Assembly: GCF_009914755.1 (NCBI RefSeq)
Contig: NC_060941.1
Reading direction: 5' to 3' (one strand)
Length of the DNA: 64,000 bases
DNA from: the human T2T-CHM13v2.0 reference genome, Homo sapiens
Under the pieces are notes generated by a model, which saw nothing but the letters and a program-made list of their open reading frames with translations, ran no database searches and was not told where the DNA came from. Each line of letters starts with the position of its first letter. Positions within the stretch are counted from its first letter, which is position 1. A program made the position numbers and the translations under genes. Positions 29,829-46,815 of the stretch are shown here, one piece after another.

Positions 29829-30789
29829 AAATTACAGTATTTTCTAATTCAAGAATTGAGAGCTAAGACTGACCAGGATGAATGCATATTTGGAGTTGGA
29901 GGCCATCCTGGAAACCCTGGGATGTGAAAGCTGAGCTCTAGATCAGAGTTAGTCCCAGCCCATCTTCTCCTCTGGGGCCTCTTCAATCTCCTTGGTCCCA
30001 AGCAGAACCACTCCTAGCTTCAAATTGCAGATCTTGAAGGCTCGGCACCTGCTCATCTCTGCATCAGAGAAAAATCCACCCTCAATGGACTCCTTCCAGC
30101 TTTCCTTCTCCCCATAAAATGCCCCAGGCCCCTGCCCTGTGACAGCTTCACCTAGGGAGGAGAGGGGGGAAAGATTTGTCTCCCACTCTGACAAATGTGG
30201 CTGTGTCATGAGCCAACCCTGCAAGGTGGTTCCTGACCCACTCAAACTCCCTAGACTTTATGACCCACCCAAATTCCCTAGACTTTATGCTTTGAAAGTC
30301 TGGAGTTGGATGGCCCTGATTCTGAATCTCAGTGCTGCTTCTGACTTGTGTGTGGCCTCAGGCATGCACCTAAACCTTCTGAATCTGATGGCCATTGAAT
30401 GGAAGTGGGAACACTCATATTATTACCCTCCTCACACCACTGTGTAGAATTAGAATGTAACAGGTGATGTGTACATCACCTTGCGTAGGCCTGGCCCATT
30501 GCTGGGGCTGATAGCTTCTGTTTCTCCTTTCTTCCTGGCCCTTTTATTCCTAGTCTGTGTTGGTTCTCCTCATTGCCTTTCCTTATTGAAAGTCAAGCTC
30601 CACTCCTGAGGACACTGGACAGGTTTGGGGAAGGATTGGTCAAGAGTTTTGGAGGCTACTCTCACGGAATATAGAAAAATGACATCACTGTACCATCCCC
30701 TGGGGGTCTTCGAGGTGCAGTAATATTCCTGGAACTCGTAGATAAAGGATGCAAGGGTTAAACAAGGTAATGTGTGCACATGGTTTTTC

Positions 30790-31416
<627 letters not shown>

Positions 31417-31713
31417 CCTACACATGCTTTTATAAACAGTAAATCGTTGGGTCAGTATCATCCCTTGTCTCCACCCTGCATGTTCCCCAGGTGAAATGCA
31501 GGTCCTGTTAGCGGTGTCTTCTTTCCATCAGGACCAGCACTTGCTTTGCTGCATGAAGCTGCTTCTACTCCTTACCTCCTTTTGGAAGAGTGGGCGCTCT
31601 CCATCTTTGAGGGTGTTTGTGTATAGGTGGCAGGGGGCTTGTAGAGGAGGAAGTGAGGATGACATGAGATGGTGGGTTGCTGGACTAGCCTGACTTCTTA
31701 AAAACATGTCTGA

Positions 31714-32360
<647 letters not shown>

Positions 32361-32629
32361 GAAAAGACGGTCTCACCTCCTTTGAAGAGACAATCCCGGT
32401 ATAAGACGATGCCGTCCACGTGATTCAAATTGAAATCATACAAGACAACTTCGTATGTAGTTTTTGGCTACATCTACATTTAACAAATATGTACAACTAT
32501 GCAAAGGAATGGTGCACACAATTCCTGGATGGTGGCTACTTCCTGGAATAGAGTGAGGAGGAAGGGACGGTGAGGAGGACTTATGTGAGGCATTAGTAGT
32601 ATTTCATACATTTCACTCCTTTTCCTTTT

Positions 32630-32893
32630 TTCTTATTTATTTATTTATCTATTTATTTATTTTACTTTAAGTTCTGGGATACATGTGCAGAATGTGCAGG
32701 TTTGTTACACAGGTATATATACATGTGCCATGGTGGTTTGCTGCACCTATCAACCTGTCATCTAGGTTTTAAGCCCCTCATGCATTAGGTATTTGTCCTA
32801 ATGCTCTCCCTCTCCCTGCCCTCCACCCTGCGACTGGCCCTGGTGTGTGATGTTCCCCTCCCTGTGTCCACGTGTTCTCATTGTTCAACTCCC
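32630..32893 (-). mobile_element. L1PA 3' end fragment
   Basis: ttactttaagttctgggatacatgtgcagaatgtgcaggtttgttac...ttgttcaactccc. Confidence 0.88.
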
Positions 32894-33020
32894 TATTTTT
32901 TGTAGAGAGGGTGGTCTCCCTGTGTTGCCCAGGCTGGTCGTGAACTCCTGGGTTCAAGGCATTCTCCCACTGCATCCTCCCAAAATGCTGGGATTATAGG
33001 CGTGAGCCACTGCACCTGGT
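32894..33020 (-). mobile_element. FLAM / Alu left monomer abutting the L1PA 3' end
   Basis: single left-arm consensus. Confidence 0.82.
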
Positions 33021-33143
33021 CTCTTTTCTTTTTAAAAAGAGAGATCTGTGGCAACGATGACAGTATTTACTTCTGTCATAGTTTCCTTATATTAAATAGT
33101 TTTCTATATATTGAAATATTTCATAATTGAAAAGAAAACTTAA

Positions 33144-33571
<428 letters not shown>

Positions 33572-34824
33572 AAATTGCTCTTTTTCTTTTCTCCCAAATT
33601 TTCATTGTGCAGATGTTGTCTCGCTCTTGTGTCATGTGGCAACTCAAAAAAACCTGAGTTCCTCATGCCCCACTTTTATATTCTGTCTTTCAGATGCAAT
33701 GCAGACTTAACACGAGTAACTGGCGATATTGGTCAGCATCTACATGATTGAAATGTCCTTTAACCTTCAGATAATTTAGCAATTTTCCGATCTTCCCACA
33801 ACCCTCCACCTCACCCCACCTGCCACACAACACTAACTTGTTTCTATAGCTGACCCCTTGAGGGCAGGGCAGAGCCTTGTATCTCCCATGCCTCCCGCAC
33901 CATGCTTTATATACACATATTCTTCAGAGACGTTTAATGAGTCAAAAATATTTACATGAGCAAACCTAATTCCTGTCTCATTAAATAGGCCAACTGATGT
34001 TTTCCTGGTCTTCAGAGAAGTCCCTATCAGCCCAGATGGTTCCAAGAGGGTTCACCAGAAAGGCAGTTAAGCTGTCAGTGTCATGCAGACTCTGAGCCAG
34101 TCTAATAAGTTTAGGGCTGAATTCACGAATTCTGGAAAAATAGTTGGCTTCCTGGAGTCAGACTACCGCATTCTCAGTTCTTCCTCTGTAAACACCTTGT
34201 TCAATTCCTGCCCAGCCACCTTGAGTCAGCGGCCATCTTTCTTTGCTGCCTCGTAAGAGGGAACATGGACTCTTGCTCCTGAGTTCCCCAAACCTGGCTG
34301 GGGAAGATCTCTCAGGACCAGCGCTGGCTCCATTTAATGATGGGTTTGTTGTTTAGAACAATGGACCCCCAGGAGACTGCCTTGTCTGTGGGCGTATTAA
34401 GTAGACAGTAGACCCGGACAACTGACCTCAACGGGCATTCTCTTTCCCAGAAATGAAAGGAGTTTTGATTCCTTCCTTCCAGGAGAAATGGCACAGTTCC
34501 CAGAACATTGTAAACACCTGATAAAATTCACTGGCTGATTATCTAAGGACTGATGACTTTCAGGCTAAAAATGATTGGCGGGTTTGCACTCACTTGATCC
34601 TGCCTTTCTCTCAGACACGGTCACTGAACCTTTCACCAGTGCTTCCCCAACTCATTGACAAAGACTCATCTCCGCAGCGTCTCTTTGTCACCCACAGGAC
34701 CTAACAGGGCTTGCACTCGGCAGATGCTAGCAGCGAATCTTTCCATTGTACTAAGTGCCAGGCGTGGTTCTCAGATCTTCACATACACTAACACACTTAG
34801 TCCTCACAGCTCTCAAAATAGGAG

Positions 34825-35234
<410 letters not shown>

Positions 35235-35914
35235 CTAGAGTCCATGCTCTCAATCATGAGCTATATTACTTCCCATAGAAAGCTAAAAAGGAGTCTATTT
35301 GACAGTGTCTGTGTGTGTGTGTGTGTGTATACACACATGCATATTCATATGTTTACATATACATATATACAAATATAACATTTTCCATTTGCCAACCGTT
35401 GTTCTAGATGCTGAGGGTACAGCGAACAGTTCTTGCATAGAAAAATGTAGCATGTATGAGGGGGAGAAAGATGAAAAGAGATGACTTCATTATACCAAAT
35501 GAAGATCCAACTGGGTGTGTATTGCAGCAAAGATAGATGAAATGAGGCGCCTTGCTTCTGTTTCTTGAGGTGGAGCACGGATACCTGGGCGTGTTCACTT
35601 TCTAAACATTTATGAAGCTGTACATTTGTGATTTGTGTACTTTTCTCTCCGTGTGTTATACTTCGATAAAATTGACATTTAAAACATTTATAAGGAAGCA
35701 AAGTGCCTTGTGAGCTCAGAGGATATAGCAAGGAATGGTTTTTGACTTGAGCCTCAGTGACCAGTTGCCTTCTGTCCTGCCTTGGTGTCTGACTGACCAC
35801 TGGCTTTCTTCTCCAGAGGCCAAGTGTATCATCTGATGATGCCAGCTGCCCTCACATGGCTCCAAAAATTCCTTCTTTCTTTCCTTCCTTCCTTCCTTCC
35901 TCTCTCCCTCTCTT

Positions 35915-36310
<396 letters not shown>

Positions 36311-36773
36311 TTGTCCAAATAGTTTTTAAAAGTTTATTTCTTCTTTGGCATCCTCAGCCACAGTGTTCACAGGTGTTTTTCACAACAGCGAATTCAGCGA
36401 AGTCTCTCTCCAGTGTATTTCATTCCCTGTAAGATGAGACTTTGACCTGATATCGTGACAGTCACACAGGACCTGCCTACATGAATACATAGGGATGAAA
36501 AACCATATGAAAGAACCTGCACACTGCAAAGGGCAGAGGCTTGTGGGTACAAACTCTCCTGCTCTAGGTGAGCACATGGCCCAGGGAACCCCAGCAGACA
36601 TTCTCTGGGTTGGGCTTATTCCAGCAAGAATCCATTGTCTATCTCTCATATATGCTTAGCGCAATGAAACACAAAATTCCACAGAAGCAGCATTTGTCAG
36701 GCAGGTGCTCACCTTGAGCCACAAACACGAAGGTAGCTGGATTTTTTTTTTCATTTTTTTTATGACAGTATAA

Positions 36774-37279
<506 letters not shown>

Positions 37280-37653
37280 TAACATGGTAGCTGGACATGG
37301 GATGAATTGATACAATATTGCAGATGACTGTATTAGGAATCCTGCAGCCCACCACTGCCTCCAACAAGACCTGCATGTTTGGTAATGTTTATTTTTAGAA
37401 GCAAAAGTGGCTGGCGATTTAATTTAAGCAGAACAACTCAAACATGTGTTCCACTTAAACTAAGATAAGATGTCATTCCATTTGACTGTGTTTTCATTTC
37501 TATCATTCGACTGTCCTTCCAAACTGATTTTACTATGAGTAGAAACACAAAATTTCCAAGAAAAAATATTTTAAAAAATAACAGGAAACATATTTTGAAA
37601 TTTCTGTCTTCTTGATTCAAATGAAAAAGAAAGTATGACATAGCCACACATAC

Positions 37654-37659
37654 TTTATT
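37654..37659 (-). terminator. GSG1L2: Candidate GSG1L2 polyA signal AATAAA (other candidates at 37388 and 36333)
   Basis: tttatt on +, about 440 nt past the stop; usage unknown. Confidence 0.4.
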
Positions 37660-38097
37660 GTGTGTGTCAATTAGGAGAAAACATTTTCTGGATTTTTCTG
37701 TCAACAAACCTATGCGGACAACACATTTTGCCTCCCTTGTAGTTAAAAAGACTTGCTTTCCTCTTTCTTCAACTTCTCTTCCCTTAGTACTGGCATCCTC
37801 CCTGTTTCTTTGGTATCCTTATCAAATTCACTGTCATTAAGAAGCTCTCTTTTATACTAGAGTGTCAATGGTTGATATCTTCAGTAAGCATTATCTCACT
37901 TCAAGGTACTGGCATTTTAACAGGAATCAAAGGCTAAAGCCAAAGGTGTTTAGTAAAAGGTGAGATGTGGAGGGGTGGGGATGGAAGCTTTCCCTGGACA
38001 ACAATCTCCTGAAGTCCAACCCAGAGGCAGGGTGTACATTGTGAGTGTCAGTGCCTGGCTTGTTTGCCTGTGCGGATGTGGCAGCCATGGACACTGG

Positions 38098-38466
<369 letters not shown>

Positions 38467-38519
38467 TCAGTTTGGACCTGCATTTTGGATCACAAATCCC
38501 AGAGTCTAGTCAACGTACT

Positions 38520-38730
38520 GTTTAGCCCAAGGGTTAAGAGAATGGATTCTGGAGTCACTGTGCTGGCTTTGCATCGTGGCCCCACCTTGTATTAACCATG
38601 TGACCTTGAGCTGGTTGCTTTACCTCTTTGAATCAGTTCCCTCATCTGCAAAGCTGGAATAATATTAATGCTGCCACCAGGGTGGCTGTGAGGAATTCAG
38701 TGAGTGAATGCGTGGGAAGTATTAATACTT
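38520..38730. mobile_element. MIR
   Basis: tgtgaccttgag...cagttccctcatctgcaaa. Confidence 0.7.
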
Positions 38731-38813
38731 AGTATAGCATCTGCTGCATAGAAGTTTCCAGATTATTGCTGTTGTTGGCTGTAACCCAGGACAGTGGCAT
38801 TGGTGTCATTACT

Positions 38814-39113
38814 TTTTTTTTTTTTTTTTTTTGAGACAGAGTCCCTCTCTGTCGCCCAGGCTGGAGTGCAATGGCATGATCTTGGCTCACTGCAACCTCT
38901 GCCTCCCGGTTCAAGCAATTCTCCTGCCTCAGCCTCCCAAGTAGCCGGGACCACAGGCATGCGCCACCACACCCGGCTAATTTTTGTATTTTTAGTAGAG
39001 ACAGGGCTTCACCATGTTGGCCAGGCCGGTCTTGACCTCCCGACCTCAGGTGATCCGCCCGCCTTGGCCTCCCACAGTGCTGGGATCACAGACATGAGCC
39101 ACCGCGCCCGACC
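38814..39113 (-). mobile_element. Alu (Sx-type)
   Basis: full dimer. Confidence 0.92.
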
Positions 39114-39399
39114 AGCATCATTATTCTTATATCCCCATCCAGGCTGTAAGCCTGTTGCATACTGAGATGATGGGCTACACTTTTCATCCTTCAAAGAACC
39201 CAGCACTGTGTTGGGAACATGGTAATTAGCATCTGCTTTATACCAAAGGGTGTTCAAATGTTTGCATTATTATGAGATAAAGAGAAGGGCTGTGTGGTGG
39301 ACAAAGAACAACCTAGAGAAGAAAAGCAAAATGTAGGGCTAACCAGAGACACTTCCCAATGGATAATAATAAAATTAACAATAATAAACAGTCTTGTAT

Positions 39400-39600
39400 G
39401 TATGCCAGGTGCTGTGATGGGCACCAGATTATCTAACTGAACACCTCACGGCGACCCCCTGATGGAGGCACTATAATTATCTCCATTTTACAGATGAGGA
39501 AACTGAGACACAGAAGTTAAGCAACTTGTCCACGACTACCATTTAGAAAGTGGGACATCCTGGATGCGGCTGCAAACCCTGTGAGTCCAGATACTGCTGG
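39400..39600. mobile_element. MIR
   Basis: ccattttacagatgaggaaactgagacacag. Confidence 0.78.
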
Positions 39601-40419
39601 CTGACTTGCGAGACTTTGCTGCCTCCTGATGCTGTGGACTCGGTTAACCAAGGACACATGTCAAGGTTCTGGTTTGGGCCTGGTCTTGCTTCGTGTTTTC
39701 ATTAAGTAGGTGATTATTTTGGTTTAAATGAGGGCAGAAACTCATTGCATCTCTCCACACCCCCACTGAAACGAGAGTAAAGGGATGTGTACTAGTGTGA
39801 ACACACAAGGACAAGGAGAATTGGAGAGGAGACATGAGAGTACGGAAACGGCTGGGAGAGGGATGACTAATTTATGGAGTGAGGGATGCGACACAGAAAG
39901 TGTCTGCAATGAGGGCCACCCACAAGACAAGAAGGATGCCTGTTATATCAGCACTGCTGAATCCTTGAGAGGTGCAGAACCTTGAGGCACAAATACGGCA
40001 CAAAAAATGCAGCCCTTTCCCCAGTCTCCTCCTTACCACAAACACTCCATCCCACCTCCCTTTCCCCCAGAAAAGCAAAGTTTTATTCTCTGGAGAAGGT
40101 GAACGGAAGGAAAGGCTCCGGATTCAGAGACAGCAGGCCCATTGGAAGGCAGGGAAGGGGGCTGGTCTGAAAATGGGATTGTATGGAAATCTGCACAGGA
40201 GTGGGAAGCTGTCCAGCCCTTTCCTATGCCTAACCTCAGAAATTATCAGCCAGGCATGTGAGCTTACTCCACTTCCTGCGGATATTGGATGATTCCCTTC
40301 TGAAGACACTGACAGGTTGTGGAAAGAACCTCTACAAACCGATATTTGTGTGTGTTTTTGTGGAGTGGAATTCCAAGATAAAATAGATGGTGCCATACCC
40401 AATCACATGCCAAAACAAC

Positions 40420-41485
40420 AACAAAAGAGCCTACCAGTAGATAAATACCAACCCTGCTCCAGAGCTTCCAATTATCCTTGACAATCAAAGATGCCAACGT
40501 TTGGGGGAAAGGTCCAACAACAAAGCAGGGAGGGGAAAGAATTCTAAAGGAAAGAGATAACACAAGGAACAAAAGAAAACAGCAACAAAAACCAAACCCT
40601 TCGATTAATATCCTCAGAGGAATATGAGAAAAGAAGATGCTGTATCAATAAAGCAAGATCAGGATATTATGAAAAAGGAACAGCTGGAAAACAAGGAAGA
40701 GCTTGGAAAATTAAAATAAGTCCAAAATAAGAATTCAACAGAAAGGCTGGAAGACAAGTAGAGAAAAATTTTCAGAAAATATAATAAAAAGAGAAACAAA
40801 ATATAAAGAAAGTAATAAGATCCTTGAATAATAAACCCAAAAGACCTAATATCTAACTAACAAGTGTTTTCTAAAAGGAGAACAAAAAACTGACGAAAGG
40901 AAATAATCAAAGAAATAATACAAATACAAAAATCACCATAATTCCAGGACATGAATATTCAGATTAAAGGCTCCCCCCTCCCCCACCCCAAGCACATAGA
41001 TGAAGGATGAATGTGGAGAAAAGAGGATCCTCGCCAAAGGACATCATCATGGCATTTCAGAACATTGGTCATAAAGAGAAGAAAATAACAGGCCACCTAC
41101 AAAGGCACATGAATCAGAATCGTGTTGGACTCTTGACAGAAACTATGAATGCTGGAAGAGAATGGAGTACGGCCATCTAAATTCTTTGGGAAAATGATTT
41201 CCGGCAGAGAATTCTGCACTGTGCCAAACAATCGATCAAGTATGGAGTATTGAATTTCCAGGCATGCAAGGAGTAAAATAATTTATCTCTCATTGGATCC
41301 TTTCTTAGGAAGCTGCTGAAGGATGTACTCCCAGAAAAGGTAAACTAAAGAAGATAATTCAATGGGACCTAAGAAATAGCATTCCAAGATAAGGGAGTGG
41401 CGCAGGGAAGTCTCATGATGATAGCTCTAGACTGCAATGAGCCTGGAACAGGGCAGGAAGACCGAGGGCTTTGGGGGTTTGGAAG
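40420..41485 (+). mobile_element. Degraded old L1 ORF1-region fragment
   Basis: A-rich; tgctggaagagaatggag, agagaattctgcac...gccaaacaatc phrases typical of L1M ORF1. Confidence 0.6.
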
Positions 41486-42106
41486 TAAAACTGAGAAGCT
41501 AATCTGATTAGGTCCACCAAACCTAACCTGCCCTGCTTGCTTTTGGTTGCTTGCTTTCTTTCGTCCCCATATAGCTAAAAGCCACGCCACTAAACTCCTG
41601 GCTTCCTTACAGATAACATTTCTGATGTGCACGTCACCATGGTAATGGCTGCTTGTTTTTCAGGAACTTGGGGCAGCTCCTATCCAGTTCAAACTGGTTG
41701 AGACCACTGATCCTTCAGCTGATCCTGTGCAAGTGCCTGAGAGGTGGCCTTTTGATGTCAGAAAGCCAAAAACTCTACCCTTAGAACATGCTAATGCTAC
41801 CATTTTCTGAACATGCATCTTGTGAAGAGCCATGAACCCTGACTATGCTTGCACAGATCACTAGTGACTTTATTTTTCCCCATTGCCAATCACCTTTCCT
41901 CTTGCCTTAGACCACCCTGCTTCTCTAACCCATAAATATCCCTAAGTCTTATCTTCAGGCAGGCTTTGAGAGCTGTTCTCCCACCTCCTTATTGGGCTGC
42001 CCTGTGAATAAATGTTTTATCTGCCCTGTGAATAAATCTTTTGTAAGACCCATCATCACAGTAACTGGTTTACTAAGCACAAACAGAATGAACTTGGTGG
42101 GTATCA
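41486..42106 (+). mobile_element. ERV1-type solo LTR (subfamily uncertain) inserted in an old L1
   Basis: GAAG flanking duplication, ends in CA, TATA-like cataaata and duplicated AATAAA. Confidence 0.65.
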
Positions 42107-43199
42107 GAAGGGTGGCACAGGGAGAGAATGGAATTGATAGATTGTTACGCTTAGTACTATTTGATTTTTAACAACCATTTACATATGCTTCTTTTGCTAA
42201 AAATTAAGTAATTGAAAGTAATAGAAAACAAAAACAAAACAAAATGATACTGGAAACAAACAGACCATTCTTCAGGCTCCTTTAGTGTTTGGAATTTGCT
42301 TCTATCCATAGCAAAAGGAGGGCAGTACAAATTGGCCACGGTTGAGAACCCACCTACAATTCATCTGAGCCCTGCTGCAACTACACTCTCAACTGTGTAA
42401 GGTGCCAGTGATAGCCCCTCAGAACCAATAGCACTAATTCAAAGGGGGGTAGCTAAGTGACAAACAGGTGAAGGGACAGGTGCCCAGAGAAACATTTGTA
42501 AAAATTAACATCTTCAGACTGGGAAGACGAAGACTAAGAAAAGTTCAGACTCTAACAACTCACGAAGCATATGGCTCACAGTAACACACATGCGTTCACT
42601 GAATCCTAGAATAGTAGGGTGAGGGAGTGAGCCCTGAACGTGTTATGTGTTTTACAAAGAGGAAAGTAACATAAGAGGTTGTTATATAAGATGAAAATGT
42701 AAGTTATGTACATCTATTTTTAAGATACGATATGCTTCAGAGGTCCACATCAAAGACAACCCCTGTGGTCTTGGATAATATGGTCGAGTCAGTTAGAGAC
42801 AGAATTCCCATGTCGTGACCTTGTCTTTGCATTAGAAACAGGGGCTGGGTCTCCCCCAGTTGAAGTTATTTATTAGGAGTTATAGATCAAGACACTTCCT
42901 CCCACACTGTATTTAAGAACTGATCATCAACAACGTCTCAATTTCTCGGGGACTTTACTATGTGCAAAGAGTTTTATAAACATAATCTCTTTAAATCCCT
43001 ATACAAACATTTGAGGCAGGTATCCTCACTTTATCGATGAGGGAATTGGGCTACAGATGGGTCACAGAATTAACCCAAAGTCACAATACTGGCAGATGCC
43101 AGCACTATGACCAAGGTTGGTCATCCTACAAAACATGTGTATGTTTATGTGCATCTCTCCTGATCCTCCAGGACTTCAGCACCATGACCAAGCAACTTA

Positions 43200-43367
<168 letters not shown>

Positions 43368-43619
43368 CTACGCGGTGTGAGTTGGCTGTAAGGAGCTCTC
43401 TAGCATTCATAAAGTCCTTTTGATGTATCTGCATGTATTCATCCTTAAACATTCCGCTGGACATCTCTTTCCCACAATTGAAACTGAAGAGACATCCAGA
43501 AAGACACAATCGGGGAGGACCTGTCAGAACCTGGGTAGGAGTCTCCATGGCCTGGTTCCTTCCTAAGAAGATCAGAAATTGGATTTTATCATCCCATTCG
43601 CTGAGGATAAGACTTGAGG

Positions 43620-43750
43620 GAGGTAGGCATGGTGGCATGCACCTGTAATCCCAGGTACTCGGGAGGCTGAGGAGGGAGGATTGCTTAAGCTCAGGGGTTT
43701 GAGACCACTCTGGGGGGACCTCTGATTGAGAGGTTCCAAATAAATAAATA
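43620..43750 (+). mobile_element. FLAM-type Alu monomer
   Basis: monomer with ggaggattgcttaagctcagg. Confidence 0.7.
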
Positions 43751-44403
43751 AGTCCCAAAATAAGTAAAATAAAATAATTAAAAGGGACTTTAAAAAAAGG
43801 ACTTAGGAAAGATGCATTACACTTATCAAGCACAACAATGATGTACAAATTGGCCTGCTACATGATGAACTTAACATGAGTAACTTTTCATATCCAGTTT
43901 GAGGACTAAAGGAAGTCATTTGTTCAGGGTTCTTTCTCCCTGGAAAGGCCCACTTAGGAGACCCGATTAAGTGGCTTTAAAAGTTGCTTGGAGAACACAG
44001 AAGTAGATCTAAAAAAAAGGAGTTCTTTATTTTTATGGAATATTTGTACCAAATGTTGATACTTTTTTTAAAACTACCATGTATTACTTCTTCTATACTA
44101 GGTGCACTCTTATTTAGTCATCGCCAAAGTGTCTTGAGATACATTATAGTGTTCTGTCTTAGAGAAGTAACTTGCCTGAGGTCATACACCCATTAAGGAG
44201 ACGTCTGCAACTGAGCAGGATCCCTCCACAGACTCATGCCTAAGTACTGCTTTCAGTGAAGTGATGTCAGCTGTCAGAGCCAGGGCACCCTCTTCCCTGG
44301 TTGTGACAAACGGATAAATTTCACTTTCTATCTGTGCCTAGCCCCTTTTCATCTGTCACCCTAAAAATATTGTCTCCAGCCAATGGAATTCATTGGTGAC
44401 TTA

Positions 44404-44730
<327 letters not shown>

Positions 44731-45003
44731 CTAATTCAGAAATACTAAAATGTTCAATCCTTTGATTTAGTTCACTTCTAAACAAAACATGAAAAACAGA
44801 CACGCTGGAGTGAAAATCACAGATGCCTCTGCTGAATCTTAGCTGGCAATGGAAAGGCACTCCTCAGGGCTGAAAGAGACGGTTGTAGGGATTGCCCGTA
44901 GCTGAACGGGCGGTGGGGTGGGGGCGGGGAAACTAAGCAAAACCCTGCTGTGAGGATATGAGTGGTGCTGGGGGTCTCCATGCCCTAGCTCAAAAACTAC
45001 CAT

Positions 45004-45521
45004 TGTGTCTGGAGTTGGTTCCTGCCGGTGGGTTCATGGTCTGGCTGACTTCAAGAACGAAGCCACAGACCTTCGCAGTGAGTGTTACAGCTCTTAAAGG
45101 TGGCACAGACCCAAAGAGTGAGCGGTAGCAAGGTTTATTGTGAAGAGTGAAAGGACGAACACTCCAAACCATAGAAGGGTACCTGAGAGGGTGGCTGTGG
45201 CGGGCTGGGGTGGCCAGCTTTTATCCCCTTATTGGCCCCTCCCATGTTCTGTTTCTGTCCTATCAGAGTGCCCTTTTTCCAGTCCTCCCCGCTATTGGCT
45301 ACTTTTAGAATTCTGCTGATTGGTGCATTTTACAGAGTGCTGATTGGTGCGTTTTACAGAGCGCTGATTGGTGCGCTTTACAGAGTGCTGATTGGTATGT
45401 TTTACAAACCTCTTTAAGACAGAAAAGTTCCTGATTGGTGCGTTTTACAAACCTCTTGTAAGACAGAAAAGTTCCCCAACTCCCCACTTGACCCAGGAAG
45501 TCTGGCTAGCCTCACCTCTCA
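45004..45521 (-). mobile_element. LTR12-family (ERV9) solo LTR
   Basis: TG...CA ends, CCAT target-site duplication, tandem gctgattggtgc (CCAAT) units, AATAAA at 45134-45139 on -. Confidence 0.88.
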
Positions 45522-45931
45522 CCATGATGTTTTGATTTTACCAGAAGATATCATCCTTGCCTTTTGCAAGAAAAAGTTACACAAACATGGGGGTGGAGGG
45601 TCTGTGAGTTGGAGAGTCCTGTCTGCAGGTACCAAAACCTCATTTGTTTCTGTGGAAGCCACTTGTTTACTTCCTGGAGAGGATCCCACCTGTGGCTTCA
45701 AGGAACTCTGTTGCCAGTGGAGAGCAATGGAGAAAAGGGACAGAAAAGGAAATTCATCTTTGCGAAAGGACTCCTCTAAGGCAAGTTAGGTAACGGAGAC
45801 ACAGCAATGAATAGACGTGATCCATGCCTTCACAAAACCTCTACTCCAGCTGGGAGAACAGACACTAAGAAAGTAATTACAAAGATACTGAGTGTTAGGG
45901 AGCTTTAGAGAGAAGAAAAAACTGCTCTAGG

Positions 45932-46117
45932 CAGTGGTGTGCTGAAGCTTATCTCAGAGCTCTGTGTTCATCTTGCAACTGAGAGCTGCATTCATCTTGC
46001 AATTGAAATTGGCTATGGTGGGAATATTTACACCATGGAACACGGCCAGTGCTGCCAATCAGGGCTTCCCATCCACCCTACAAAGTTGGCTGTTAAACAT
46101 TTGCCAGCACACCACTG
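45932..46117. mobile_element. hAT MITE (MER63-like)
   Basis: TIRs cagtggtgtgctg / cagcacaccactg; 8-bp TSD gctctagg / gctatagg. Confidence 0.8.
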
Positions 46118-46281
46118 GCTATAGGGCACAGGAAGAGAGCCTGTGGTTCTAGCTTTTGGGCTGGACTTCATGGAAAAATCATCAATGACTCCCTCATCAT
46201 TTCCCCTATTCCCAATAAAACTATAAAAATAGTCCAAGCTATGAGGAGTGCTAGTGGGCAGAGTGTGAGTAAGGTATTTAC

Positions 46282-46329
46282 CTTGTTCTTCAGCTGGCAC
46301 TACACTCCGGAAACTCCTACACTTTTCAT
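46282..46329 (-). CDS. GSG1L2: GSG1L2 coding exon 2, 48 nt
   Basis: TTTCAG|AT; (D)EKCRSFRSVVPAEEQ; donor AAG|GTAAAT; conserved EKCRSF motif. Confidence 0.9.
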
Positions 46330-46429
46330 CTGAAAGATAAAGAGAATGCATCCAGAAGTGGGTTACACTTCACAACCAGGGGGCAAATGGTGAATTTCTA
46401 GCCCCTTAACTGGATGAGGAATGGGGAGT

Positions 46430-46815
46430 GTGCAGACTGCTTTACTGCTCAGGGACATGAGCTGCTCCTCTGTGTGGGAGCCTGATATAATCCACCCTAT
46501 TGGACTCTGGCTTGGCCACGTAACACTCTTTGACCAATGAACTGGGAGCAAAAATGAGGTGGATCTGAGCAGCTTTAAGAGCCAGTGTCTTTTCCCTTGG
46601 TTCCTGTTCCCTTGCTCTGTAATCCCAGAGGCCCATATCAAGAGGAAGTCTCCATCAGCCTGGGTCCCTGAATAGCTACAATGAGGACAGACCCCTTGCC
46701 AACCTGAAAAGTCTATACAGAATGAGCTAAAAATAAATGTGTTGGTTTAAAGCACTGGAATTTGGGGGGTTGTTTGTTATTGCAGCCTAACCTATCCTAT
46801 CTGGACTAATACTGC
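46430..46815 (+). mobile_element. Old MaLR LTR (MLT1H/J-like)
   Basis: ttgtttgttattgcagcctaacc...gactaatac 3' end. Confidence 0.6.

Noticed and set aside
41998-42040. Duplicated tgccctgtgaataaat
   Set aside because: Slippage inside an LTR that is antisense to GSG1L2, so its AATAAA signals should not affect the gene.
45310-45470. Regularly spaced ~24-bp repeats superficially like a CRISPR array
   Set aside because: These are the tandem CCAAT units of the LTR12 U3; no unique spacers, no cas genes, eukaryotic DNA.
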